This document shows positions 36,698-48,389 of a DNA stretch of 64,000 nucleotides, piece by piece. The stretch is from Macrostomum hystrix. Lineage: Eukaryota > Animalia > Platyhelminthes. The stretch covers positions 2,356,001 to 2,420,000 of the forward strand of contig CATNEN010000033.1 in the NCBI GenBank assembly GCA_950097015.1, read 5' to 3'. Below the pieces are notes generated by a model. That model worked only from the letters and a program-made list of their open reading frames with translations. It had not been told where the DNA came from and made no database searches. Positions within the stretch are counted from its first letter, which is position 1. Every line of letters starts with the position of its first letter. A program made the position numbers and the translations under genes.

Positions 36698-37105
36698 CAG
36701 GACCTCAGGTGTCATAATCAGCCCTTAGTCCCTCAGGTCCTCAGGTGTCATAATCAGCCCTTAGTCCCTCAGGTCCTCAGGTGTCATAATCAGCCCTTAG
36801 TCCCTCAGGTCCTCAGGTGTCATAATCAGCCCTTAGTCCCTCAGGTCCTCAGGTGTCATAATCAGCCCCTAGTCCCTCAGGACCTCAGGTGTCATAATCT
36901 TAGTCCCTCAGGACTTGTATCAGGTGCCCTTAGTCCCTCAGGTCCTCATGTGTCATAATCTTAGTCCCTCAGGACTTGTATCAGGTGCCCTTAGTCCCTC
37001 AGGACCTCAGGTGTCATAATCAGCCCTTAGTCCCTCAGGTCCTCAGGTGTCATAATCAGCCCTTAGTCTTTAATCAGCCCCTAGTGCTTTAGGTCCTCAG
37101 GTGTC
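36698..37105. repeat. 36-bp minisatellite CAGGTCCTCAGGTGTCATAATCAGCCCTTAGTCCCT
   Basis: About 11 units including rearranged ones. Confidence 0.93.
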
Positions 37106-37506
37106 ACAAAATTCTAGTCCATGGGACCAGCCGATGAGTTTGCCTTTCGTTTTCAGGCCTCGAACTTGGCTGGCAGAAATTAAGAACTTTAAATTCAAAC
37201 AAATAGAAAATGCGCAAATTCAGACACCCCATAAAAAATTTCTTTCGGAGCCTTTGCAATTCAGGCGTGTGAACGGCTCACATATGCGCAGATTATGGAA
37301 AGCGTGTTGTTATTCTGTGATTCAGCTGCGCATTAACCGAGGCGTTGAAAATGTTCTAGTAAGAATATAATGTGCGCATCAGTTCATGTCCGATTATATA
37401 TTTATTTAGCTAGGATAAAATATTGATTGAATTCTGCATAATTCCCATCTCTCCCAAAGATTTTATGAATCTTTCTAATGCTTCCCTATTGAAGCATTCA
37501 CTCAAC

Positions 37507-38251
37507 CTTTCCCTTCTCTTCCTTCTGCCCCTTCTCTTCCTTCTGCCCCTTATCTCCTTTCCCCTTCTCTTCCTTCTGCCCCTTATCTCCTTTTCCCTTC
37601 TCATCCTTCTGCCCCCAATCTCCTTTTCCCTTCTCTTCCTTCTGCCCCCAATCTCCTTTTCCCTTCTCTTCCTTCTGCCCCCAATCTCCTTTTCCCTTCT
37701 CTTCCTTCTGCCCCCAATCTCCTTTTCCCTTCTCTTCCTTCTGCCCCTAATCTCCTTTTCCCTTCTCATCCTTCTGCCCCTTATCTCCTTTCCCCTTCTC
37801 TTCCTTCTGCCCCTTATCTCCTTTTCCCTTCTCTTCCTTCTGCCCCTTATCTCCTTTTCCCTTCTCTTCCTTCTGCCCCCAATCTCCTTTTCCCTTCTCT
37901 TCCTTCTGCCCCCAATCTCCTTTTCCCTTCTCTTCCTTCTGCCCCCAATCTCCTTTTCCCTTCTCTTCCTTCTGCCCCCAATCTCCTTTTCCCTTCTCTT
38001 CCTTCTGCCCCCAATCTCCTTTTCCCTTCTCTTCCTTCTGCCCCCAATCTCCTTTCCCCTTCTCTTCCTTCTGTCCCTTATCTCCTTTTCCCTTCTCTTC
38101 CTTCTGTCCCTTATCTCCTTTTCCCTTCTCTTCCTTCTGCCCCTAATCTCCTTTCCCCTTCTCTTCCTTCTGCCCCTAATCTCCTTTTCCCTTCTCTTCC
38201 TTCTGCCCCTAATCTCCTTTCCCCTTCTCTTCCTTCTGCCCCTTATCTCCT
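37507..38251. repeat. 30-bp pyrimidine-rich minisatellite (intronic)
   Basis: CCCTTCTCTTCCTTCTGCCCC[C/T][A/T]ATCTCCTTTT, about 25 copies. Confidence 0.95.
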
Positions 38252-38264
38252 TAGCTGTTCTCAC

Positions 38265-38687
38265 ATTTTCTTCAAGCCGTTCTTCAGCGCGCCGCAGCAG
38301 CTGCTCGCTCGCCTCCAATTTTTCTGCCCATTTCGCGGCTTCCGCTGCGGCCGCCGCCTCCGCTGATTCGATCTCGTCCGTCTGGCAGGCCTCGTCGGCT
38401 GAGCCAGTCGGCTGTTTCTGCCGCAGCTGCCGAAGCTCCAGTGTGGCGGCCTCCAGTGACTCGCCCGACGCTGTCAGCGACGCCTCCAGGCTGCGCGCCC
38501 GCTCTGTCTGGGTCTGCAGCTCTGCCTCCAGAAGGCGGACTCGCGAGCGGGTCGTGCGCAGCTCGCCAGACTGCAGCTGCGCCTGCAGACGCAGGTCGCC
38601 GATCAGCTGCTCGCATTGGCGCAGCCGGCGATTCGCCTGCGACAGGCCGGGAGCCAGGCGAGAGTTCAGCGACAGCTCCGCGCGTAG
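38265..38687 (-). CDS. lzts: LZTS-family exon 3 (coiled coil)
   Basis: Heptad-rich LRAEL..EERLEEN; TTTCTCAG acceptor, AAT|GTGAGA donor, phase 0. Confidence 0.85.
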
Positions 38688-38790
38688 CTGAGAAAGGTAA
38701 ATGATACTTGAACCGGTCAATCAACGAGAAACTGTGGGTAACTTGACAGCTAGAGAATGTTTCATAAAGTGGGATTAATTAGGACAGGTT

Positions 38791-39090
38791 GGAATGTGAT
38801 GGGATGGGATGGGATGGGATAGGATGGGATGGGATGGGATGGGATGGGATGGGATAGGATGGAATGGGATGGGATGGGATAGGATGGGATGGGATGGGAT
38901 GGGATGGGATGGGATGGGATAGGATGGGATGGGATGGGATGGGATAGGATGGGATGGGATGGGATGGGATAGGATGGGATGGGATGGGATGGGATGGGAT
39001 AGGATGGGATGGGATGGTATAAGATGGGATGGGATGGAATATGATTGAATAGGATGGGATGTGATGGGATGGGATGGGATGGGATAGGAT
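38791..39090. repeat. (GGGAT)n pentanucleotide repeat
   Basis: Direct reading. Confidence 0.95.
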
Positions 39091-39361
39091 GAGGCAAAAT
39101 GAGATACAATGAGATAGCAATATATATATAGGACATAGGGCGAATGTAAACTAGAAGGGACTAGACAGATTAAGATTCGCAGGCCCAGTCAGATGCTGAA
39201 GCTGAGGCCATAACGCAACCCCAGTGCCACCTGACCCGTCCCATCTACCCACCGATTGCAAAAAATTATCATAAAACTGTCATAAATTTCCCACAGATAG
39301 CTTTACAATTCACTGGATGCTTTGATCCTGATGACCTTCGATATGAGACAGAATGAATTTA

Positions 39362-39478
39362 TGTGGGCAACGGCAGATCATTTGGTGACAGTTGACCCGC
39401 AGCCAGCGAGGAGACAATTCTGCCCATTCCGCTGACTACTGAGCACACACGCACACAGATACCGCACGCAGGCACACA
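39362..39478 (-). repeat. Dispersed repeat family B, second copy
   Basis: Reverse complement of 11134-11240 at roughly 85-90% identity by eye. Confidence 0.85.
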
Positions 39479-39560
39479 CTTTCTCATTGTCAGCACGCGC
39501 ACACTATCAATGAGGTAAGTAAATTGTAAGTAAAAGCGATAAAAGCAAAATTGTTCGTAA

Positions 39561-40509
39561 AAGCTACTCAGCATCTCAATGCTAAGTCAGCATCTCAAAG
39601 CTACTCAGAATCACAAAGCTACTCAGAATCACACAGCTACTCAGAATCTCAATGCTAAGTCAGCATCTCAAAGCTACTCAGAATCTCACAGCTACTCAGA
39701 ATCACAAGGCTACTCAGAATCTCACAGATACTCAGAATCTCACAGCTACTCAGAATCTCACAGCTACTCAGAATCTCACAGCTACTCAGAATCTCACAGA
39801 TACTCAGAATCTCACAGCTACTCAGAATCTCACAGCTACTCAGAATCTCACAGATACTCAGAATCACAAGGCTACTCAGAATCACAAGGCTACTAAGAAT
39901 CTCAAAGCTACTCAGAATCTCACAGATACTCAGAATCTCACAGCTACTCAGAATCTCACAGCTACTCAGAATCTCACAGATACTCAGAATCACAAGGCTA
40001 CTCAGAATCTCACAGCTACTCAGAATCTCACAGATACTCAGAATCACAAGGCTACTCAGAATCTCACAGCTACTCAGAATCTCACAGATACTCAGAATCA
40101 CAAGGCTACTCAGAATCACAAGGCTACTCAGAATCACAAGGCTACTCAGAATCACAAGGCTACTCAGAATCACACAGATACTCAGAATCTCACAGCTACT
40201 CAGAATCTCACAGCTACTCAGAATCTCACAGATACTCAGAATCTCACAGCTACTCAGAATCTCACAGATACTCAGAATCTCACAGATACTCAGAATCTCA
40301 CAGATACTCAGAATCTCACAGCTACTCAGAATCTCACAGATACTCAGAATCACAAGGCTACTCAGAATCACAAGGCTACTCAGAATCACAAGGCTACTCA
40401 GAATCACAAGGCTACTCAGAATCACACGGCTACTCAGAATCTCAAAGCTACTCAGAATCACAAGGCTACTCAGAATCACACGGCTACTCAGAATCTCAAA
40501 GCTACTCAA
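39561..40509. repeat. 18-bp minisatellite GCTACTCAGAATCTCACA / GCTACTCAGAATCACAAG
   Basis: About 52 copies. Confidence 0.96.
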
Positions 40510-40584
40510 AGCCCAGTGCCAATGTCTATGCTGAGCTAGCCATCAGAGGCAGCCAAAAGTCTCCGAGCGACCAGGCGAGCTCAC

Positions 40585-41127
40585 CCGGTCCTCCAGCTCA
40601 GTCCGCCTCTCCTCGAACACGCGGAGCAGAGCAGCCTCATTCTGCTCCATCGTCCGCCGCAGCACCGCCAGCTCCGCCTCCCGCTCGCGCAGCTGCCGCA
40701 TCTCCTCCTGGCAGCACTTGCCAGCGGCGCCTACAGGAGAAGGCCGATTGCTGCTGCCGCTGCTGCTGCTGCTCCTACTGTGATCTTTGTCGGCTACGCT
40801 GGCGCTTCTGCCGCTGCCGCAGCAGCAGTCGGCCGGACAGCCGCCGGGCGGCTCCTCCTGACTGAGGCCGCTGTCGCTGCCGTTGACGAGCTGAATGCCG
40901 CTTCGCAGTCGAGCAGTAGCAGTCGCGGCAGTGGAGGCAGTTGAATTTCGTCGCCGGCTGCCAATGGCTGACGTGGCTGTTGGCGTACAAAATGACGCCT
41001 CCGTCAGGTCGTTGGCGGAGCCCGTGGCGGCGACTGGCCGGCAGGGTGTGGGCCGAACCACGATGCTGTTCGAATGATAGCTGCCTACTGGCTGTTGGTT
41101 GCAGGCGATAAATCTTGGTGCAGTTTT
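40585..41127 (-). CDS. lzts: LZTS-family exon 2
   Basis: Ser-rich segment then LREREAELAVLRRTMEQNEAALLRVFEERR; CTTCAG acceptor, CGG|GTGAGC donor. Confidence 0.85.
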
Positions 41128-41297
41128 CTGAAGCACTCGTACATTTATTAGTCTGGATTGCATCATCCATTAACTAATAATAACTAATGTCGGAGACCGT
41201 GGTGACAAGGACAACCGACGTTACTCAGCATAAGCCGATATTTTTTTTATTTCTTTTTAAAATGAAAAAAATAACTATTTTAATCAATCCAAAAATA

Positions 41298-41490
41298 GTC
41301 AACAATGATAGCCGACATGATTACATCATGACACTTTGTGAGCAGAAAATATGCCTATATAGGTGGTTTTTGCCACTAGACAACCGGACGAGAATCGTCG
41401 AACATCTCGACGATGCCGATGTTTTGTGATTCTAGGAGTTGTTTCATCGGATAGAGCGGAAAATTTTAGCCCGTGTTCTGGTTTTCATGC
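41298..41490 (+). repeat. Dispersed repeat family A copy
   Basis: Matches reverse complement of 61555-61737 (about 80% by eye) and 6975-7035. Confidence 0.8.
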
Positions 41491-41516
41491 CGATTTTATG
41501 TATTTAGGGATATTTT

Positions 41517-41686
41517 ATTTCTGTACTTTTATGCTAGGCTATTTCTGTACTTTTATGCTAGGCTATTTCTGTACTTTTATGCTAGGCTATTTCTGTACTT
41601 TTATGCTAGGCTATTTCTGTACTTTTATGCTAGGCTATTTCTGTACTTTTATGCTAGGCTATTTCTGTACTTTTATGCTAGGCTAT
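41517..41686. repeat. 24-bp minisatellite ATTTCTGTACTTTTATGCTAGGCT
   Basis: 7 copies; further copies within the adjacent inverted repeat. Confidence 0.94.
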
Positions 41687-41689
41687 ATA

Positions 41690-42184
41690 TTGCGGCGGCT
41701 GACTCTTTTAAAAGTACATTCTTTACGAATCACAACAGTGTCTTGGCTTTTTGATGCGAATTTGGTCTGTCGCCAGAATCTTTCATATCCTGATGCATTC
41801 AAGCCTTGCAGGAATAAAGCTAATGGACGAATAGCCAGTGTTAAAGTACAGAAATAGCCTAGCATAAAAGTACAGAAATAGCCTAGCATAAAAGTACAGC
41901 CCATGTTCTGGTTTTCATGCCGATTTTATGTATTTAGGGATAATTTATTTCTGTTCTTTTATGATATGCTATTTCTGTACTTTTATGTTAGGCTATTTCT
42001 GTACTTTTATGCTAGGCTATTTCTGTACTTTAACACTGGCTATTCGTCCATTAGCTTTATTCCTGCAAGGCTTGAATGCATCAGGATATGAAAGATTCTG
42101 GCGACAGACCAAATTCGCATCAAAAAGCCAAGACGCTGTTGTGATTCGTAAAGAATGTACTTTTAAAAGAGTCAGCCGCAGCAA
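41690..42184. repeat. Long inverted repeat: 210-bp arms (41690-41899, 41975-42184), 75-bp spacer
   Basis: Three mismatches found between the arms; spacer is a direct copy of about 41469-41545. Confidence 0.92.
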
Positions 42185-42732
42185 GGCAATAATGAAACAC
42201 GGCAGGGAGTGGAGTCTCGCGAATTGATAGAATTCAGTGCCGTGCCTGCACTTCCCAGCCAGTGTCGCTTCATTTTATTTTTTCGCTGATTCACTCGACT
42301 ATCTGGCTGGCCAGACCGAATCGATTGAAAAGGTCAGAGGCGACAGGGGCAGCCAGATTTCCCCTTAGCAGCAGCAGAAGCACAGATCCCAACAGGACAC
42401 AAATTTTCTTGCTGTAAAATCGCGCAGACATTGCTGAAACAAGCGAAGGTCTGGTTGGAACAGCTGAACCAATCCTTACCTCATTGTGCCACCGATCCTC
42501 TCTTTCAACTGCCCTCTTTCTAATCTGGGATCTGGTCAGCCGTGCTGGCTCGTCACGTGTTTTCTGTTCTGCTTTGTCTAGAAACATTTCTGCGCCAATA
42601 TTTTCTCTCTTTTGAAAAATTGGAACCGAATTGTAACTGACATCAGTGACAATGCAGTGACTGATGCGTGATGGTGCCTATGAGTCAGCTGAGCCAGGGA
42701 CAGGAAGCTTAATTTTCAAACTACTATGCAGT

Positions 42733-43287
42733 CTAGCTGCGATTCTAGACATATCACTAGCTGCGATTCCAGACATACCACTAGCTGCGATTCCAGACAT
42801 ATCACTAGCTGCGATTCCAGACATACCACTAGCTGCGATTCCAGACATATCACTAGCTGTGATTCCAGGCATACCACTTGCTGCGATTCCCGATATCCCT
42901 CTAGCTGCGATTCCAGGCATACCACTTGCTGCGATTCCAGATATACCACTAGCTGCGATTCCAGATATACCACTAGCTGCGATTCGAGCTATACCACTTG
43001 CTGCGATTCCAGATATACCACTAGCTGCGATTCGAGATATACCACTTGCTGCGATTCCAGATATACCACTTGCTGCGATTCCACTAGCTGCGATTCCAGA
43101 TATACCACTTGCTGCGAATCCAGATATACCACTTGCTGCGATTCCTCTAGCTGCGATTCTTCTAGCTCCGATCCCTCTAGCTGCGATTCAAGGCATACCA
43201 CTTGCTGCGATTCCCGATATACCACTAGCTGCGATTCCAGAAATTCTTCTCTCTGGGACTCCAGCGATTCCCCTAGCTGCGATTCCA
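42733..43287. repeat. 24-bp minisatellite ATACCAC[T/TA]GCTGCGATTCCAGAT
   Basis: About 23 units with deletions; related to the reverse complement of the 10.8-kb satellite. Confidence 0.94.
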
Positions 43288-43423
43288 ATATTACTATTAC
43301 TATTACTATTCCAGTATTACTAATATTACTATTCGCGATTGAAAAAAATTCTTCTAGCTGCAATTTTACTTAGCGTGACGTTTCATCGTCTGACTCTAAA
43401 GTTAGACTTTTAGTTCCAGCTCA

Positions 43424-43750
43424 CACTCCAGTTCACACTCCAGTTCACACTCCAGTTCACACTCCAGTTCACACTCCAGTTCACACTCCAGTTCACACTC
43501 CAGTTCACACTCCAGTTCACACTCCAGTTGACACTCCAGTTCACACTCCAGTTCACACTCCAGTTCACACTCCAGTTCACACTCCAGTTCACACTCCAGT
43601 TCACACTCCAGTTGACACTCCAGTTCACACTCCAGTTCACACTCCAGTTCACACTCCAGTTCACACTCCAGTTCACACTCCAGTTCACACTCCAGTTCAC
43701 ACTCCAGTTCACACTCCAGTTCACACTCCAGTTCATACTCCAGTTCATAC
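43424..43750. repeat. 12-bp minisatellite CACTCCAGTTCA
   Basis: About 27 copies starting at the LZTS exon 1 donor. Confidence 0.96.
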
Positions 43751-43755
43751 TCTAC

Positions 43756-44073
43756 CTGCAGCTGCAGCAAATCCGGCGGCGGCTCCGCCTGCACCGAGCG
43801 AAACATCACGTGACCAGGCGATGAGTCATCAGTATACTCCGATCCGATTGGTCGACGGCCCGGAGAGTCGTCGATGCTGACTGCGCCGGCGGCTGCGCTG
43901 ATTGGCTGACGCCAGTGAAGGTTCTCCTGGCTGCCGCGCCGCCAGAAGTCCGACTGCTGCCAGCTGTCCGTGACGCTGTGCTGGCCGGCCGCGCTGGCAG
44001 GTCGACTGGCGGGCCCTCCGGTGCCGTACGAGATGGTGATGAATGCGTTGCGCATGGATCTTGATATTGTGCC

Positions 44074-44138
<65 letters not shown>

Positions 44139-44202
44139 CTGCCGGACAGTACACAATCTCCTCTTGTACAGTTCGACCAGCTTGCACAAGGGTGATCTTC
44201 AT
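43756..44202 (-). CDS. lzts: LZTS-family coding exon 1 with (CAG)20 polyQ
   Basis: ATG 44202 with an in-frame upstream stop; acceptor at 44247-44248; CAG|GTAGAG donor; joined CDS 1617 nt. All junctions are phase 0, so additional exons cannot be excluded. Confidence 0.7.
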
Positions 44203-44253
44203 CTCAGTTCAGTTAGTCTGGGTCGAAATATTCTGGATTGCCTTGTCTGCGAA

Positions 44254-46312
44254 AAGAAGGTAGGAGACACTGAGAGTAGACGGAGAAGAATGTAGGAGAC
44301 ACTGAGAGTAGACAGAGAAGAATGTAGGAGACACTGAGAGTAGACAGAGAAGAATGTAGGAGACACTGAGAGTAGACAGAGAAGAATGTAGGAGACACTG
44401 AGAGTAGACGGAGAATAAGGTAGGAGACACTGTGAGTAGACAGAGAAGAAGGTAGGAGACACTGAGAGTAGACGGAGAATAAGGTAGGAGACACTGTGAG
44501 TAGACAGAGAAGAAGGTAGGAGACACTGAGAGTAGACAGAGAAGAATGTAGGAGACACTGAGAGTAGACGGAGAAGAATGTAGGAGACACTGAGAGTAGA
44601 CGGAGAATAAGGTAGGAGACACTGAGAGTAGACAGAGAAGAAGGTAGGAGACACTGAGAGTAGACACAGAAGAATGTAGGAGACACTGAGAGTAGACGGA
44701 GAAGAATGTAGGAGACACTGAGGGTAGACGGAGAATAAGGTAGGAGACACTGTGAGTAGACAGAGAAGAAGGTAGGAGACACTGAGAGTAGACAGAGAAG
44801 AATGTAGGAGACACTGAGAGTAGACGGAGAAGAATGTAGGAGACACTGAGAGTAGACGGAGAATAAGGTAGGAGACACTGAGAGTAGACAGAGAAGAAGG
44901 TAGGAGACACTGAGAGTAGACAGAGAAGAAGGTAGGAGACACTGAGAGTAGACAGAGAAGAATGTAGGAGACACTGAGAGTAGACGGAGAAGAATGTAGG
45001 AGACACTGAGAGTAGACAGAGAAGAAGGTAGGAGACACTGTGAGTAGACGGAGAAGAATGTAGGAGACACTGAGAGTAGACAGAGAAGAATGTAGGAGAC
45101 ACTGAGAGTAGACGGAGAAGAATGTAGGAGACACTGAGAGTAGACGGAGAAGAATGTAGGAGACACTGAGAGTAGACAGAGAAGAAGGTAGGAGACACTG
45201 AGAGTAGACAGAGAAGAAGGTAGGAGACACTGAGAGTAGACAGAGAAGAATGTAGGAGACACTGAGAGTAGACGGAGAAGAATGTAGGAGACACTGTGAG
45301 TAGACAGAGAAGAAGGTAGGAGACACTGAGAGTAGACAGAGAAGAAGGTAGGAGACACTGAGAGTAGACAGAGAAGAAGGTAGGAGACACTGAGAGTAGA
45401 CAGAGAAGAATGTAGGAGACACTGAGAGTAGACAGATAAGAAGGTAGGAGACACTGAGAGTAGACAGAGAAGAATGTAGGAGACACTGAGAGTAGACGGA
45501 GAATAAGGTAGGAGACACTGTGAGTAGACAGAGAAGAAGGTAGGAGACACTGAGAGTAGACAGAGAAGAATGTAGGAGACACTGTGAGTAGACGGAGAAG
45601 AATGTAGGAGACACTGAGAGTAGACAGAGAAGAATGTAGGAGACACTGAGAGTAGACAGAGAAGAATGTAGGAGACACTGAGAGTAGACGGAGAAGAATG
45701 TAGGAGACACTGAGAGTAGACGGAGAATAAGGTAGGAGACACTGTGAGTAGACGGAGAAGAATGTAGGAGACACTGAGAGTAGACGGAGAAGAATGTAGG
45801 AGACACTGAGAGTAGACAGAGAAGAATGTAGGAGACACTGAGAGTAGACGGAGAATAAGGTAGGAGACACTGTGAGTAGACAGAGAAGAAGGTAGGAGAC
45901 ACTGAGAGTAGACAGAGAAGAAGGTAGGAGACACTGAGAGTAGACAGAGAAGAATGTAGGAGACACTGTGAGTAGACGGAGAAGAATGTAGGAGACACTG
46001 AGAGTAGACAGAGAAGAATGTAGGAGACACTGAGAGTAGACAGAGAAGAATGTAGGAGACACTGAGAGTAGACAGAGAAGAATGTAGGAGACACTGAGAG
46101 TAGACAGAGAAGAAGGTAGGAGACACTGAGAGTAGACGGAGAAGAATGTAGGAGACACTGAGAGTAGACGGAGAAGAATGTAGGAGACACTGAGAGTAGA
46201 CGGAGAAGAATGTAGGAGACACTGAGAGTAGACGGAGAAGAATGTAGGAGACACTGAGAGTAGACGGAGAATAAGGTAGGAGACACTGTGAGTAGACGGA
46301 GAAGGAGTAGGA
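44254..46312. repeat. 32-bp minisatellite GTAGGAGACACTGAGAGTAGACAGAGAAGAAT
   Basis: About 64 copies. Confidence 0.97.
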
Positions 46313-46720
46313 GGAGACAATAGATAAATGGATGATTCTGGCAGATAACAAGATAGGCTGGGAAACATGTTTCGTGTTAGCAGGCTATAATCGAACAGTC
46401 AATTCGCAGTTGCTAGTCTGTCTATCATCGATCTCTGGGTCACCTGAGGCAGGCGATGCAGCGGAAAGGTCGCTGCCAAAGCTATGGCCAGTGTCAGCAA
46501 ATAATGGGTCATTTGCTTCAGGCAAGACTTTAGAATGAAAGTGGAGGACCAAGAAATTTCGGTGCCACAAATTTATCCTAGAAACGGCACGCATGGCTGG
46601 ACCATTGCCTAATCGCTATCCAGCCTTTTCTGAAGCGTAAATATTAGGGAAACTGTTATTTTGCTTATCACCGATGAATGTCTCATTGCTACTTTTATTT
46701 ATGATTTCAACTTATGTCAA

Positions 46721-47056
46721 ATCATAAGGTTTGAAGTGTGAAGTGGTTGTAGCCTAGTAGTTAGGGCGTCAGACTCACGACTTGAAGGTCGGGGGTTCGA
46801 TTCTCGACTCCACTGGAACAATTTGTGTCCTTTAGCAAGACACTTAACTCTGCATTGCTTCAGTTCACCCAGCTGTTAAATGGGTACCAGCATCAGCTGG
46901 GATAATTGAAGGTGGGTATGGCGTCCCCCCAGTCCGTGGACTGAACAGCTGTACGCAGCCTTCAGATGCGCCGCGCATTAGCTGCGGCTGTGCTGTCGGC
47001 TGCACATCTGACCCAATTGGGGCAGGTGTAATCAATTATATTATTTATTATTTATT
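46721..47056 (+). mobile_element. tRNA-derived CORE-type SINE with 12-bp TSD
   Basis: A box TAGCCTAGTAG (46750), B box GGTTCGATTCT (46794), CORE-like TGTGTCCTTTAGCAAGACACTTAAC..TAAATGGG, (TTAT)n tail, AACTTATGTCAA at 46709-46720 and 47057-47068. Confidence 0.88.
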
Positions 47057-47194
47057 AACTTATGTCAACAATAATGGTAATGCTCAATGCTTAAAATCCA
47101 AAACCTACAGTCTACTGCTTATGAATAAAGGCGAGCAGAAGTACAGCAACTGTTCTAAATCACGGGTTATTTCAACTGCCATTAAAAACTTTAC

Positions 47195-47410
47195 CTGTCT
47201 TTGCGTGCGCACTTCCCACAGAAATTCTAGGCCGACTTTCAATGCGGAGGCAGAACTGGACAGAGAAATGACAGTCATACTTTGCTGATATACAGATTGA
47301 CTGCCTCCCCCCAGCTAGCAGGGCTGTGATTGGCTGGGCCCCGGGTCTAACAGAGCACAGCTGGCCAACTGCAGCTTATTGGTCCGCTTAGAGTACAACC
47401 AATCTGCTGA
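47195..47410 (-). promoter_or_regulatory. Possible LZTS promoter and 5' UTR exon
   Basis: Clustered CCAAT/ATTGG boxes at 47330-47405; minus-strand donor CAG|GTAAAG at 47195. Confidence 0.3.
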
Positions 47411-47466
47411 GGATTTTTTGTTGCTTGATAATAAATATAAACAGATATCCCACTCAGCTGCACCTT

Positions 47467-48196
47467 TCTCAGCTTCACCCTTCTCAGATCCCATCTCAGC
47501 TTCACCCTTCTCAGATCCCATCTCAGCTTCACCCTTCTCAGATCCCATCTCAGCTTCACCCTTCTCAGATCCCATCTCAGCTTCACCCTTCTCAGATCCC
47601 ATCTCAGCTTCACCCTTCTCAGATCCCATCTCAGCTTCACCCTTCTCAGATCCCATCTCAGCTTCACCCTTCTCAGATCCCATCTCAGCTTCACCCTTCT
47701 CAGATCCCATCTCAGCTTCACCCTTCTCAGATCCCATCTCGGCTTCACCCTTCTCAGATCCCATCTCAGCTTCACCCTTCTCAGATCCCATCTCGGCTTC
47801 ACCCTTCTCAGATCCCATCTCAGCTTCACCCTTCTCAGATCCCATCTCGGCTTCACCCTTCTCAGATCCCATCTCGGCTTCACCCTTCTCAGATCCCATC
47901 TCGGCTTCACCCTTCTCAGATCCCATCTCGGCTTCACCCTTCTCAGATCCCATCTCGGCTTCACCCTTCTCAGATCCCATCTCGGCTTCACCCTTCTCAG
48001 ATCCCATCTCGGCTTCACCCTTCTCAGATCCCATCTCGGCTTCACCCTTCTCAGATCCCATCTCGGCTTCACCCTTCTCAGATCCCATCTCGGCTTCACC
48101 CTTCTCAGATCCCATCTCGGCTTCACCCTTCTCAGATCCCATCTCGGCTTCACCCTTCTCAGATCCCATCTCGGCTTCACCCTTCTCAGATCCCAT
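47467..48196. repeat. 27-bp minisatellite C[A/G]GCTTCACCCTTCTCAGATCCCATCT
   Basis: 27 copies. Confidence 0.97.
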
Positions 48197-48389
48197 ATCA
48201 TTCACCATTCTCCAAATGACTAATGCTAAGTAGATTATTTTCAGATAATGCAATAAAATAGGTCTAAAGGCGAACAATTTATTTTTTGTGCAAATCTTTG
48301 GAAAACAGAGAAGTAAATCAAAGCATTTAAGCAATCATTTGAAATCCTTTGGCTACTAGTGACCAGTAGCTGGGCGGTAAGTAGTATAG

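Noticed and set aside
37410-38264. Arg/Lys-rich repeat domain as part of LZTS
   Set aside because: A good donor (AAT|GTGAGA) precedes the repeat and splices in phase to the conserved final exon
43402-43755. (ELEC)n repeat as part of LZTS exon 1
   Set aside because: Donor CAG|GTAGAG at 43756 gives an in-phase join to exon 2; the 12-mer array is intronic
46745-46815. tRNA gene
   Set aside because: Acceptor and anticodon stems are imperfect and the sequence continues into a CORE-like body, tail and TSD, so it is a SINE head
46920-47056. SINE mobilised by the RTE LINE in this window
   Set aside because: No similarity to either LINE 3' end, and a different tail (TTAT versus TTG)
44199-47280. 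Spliced upstream ORF ending over the LZTS ATG
   Set aside because: It depends on an unverified 5' exon, and ATGA overlaps are common by chance
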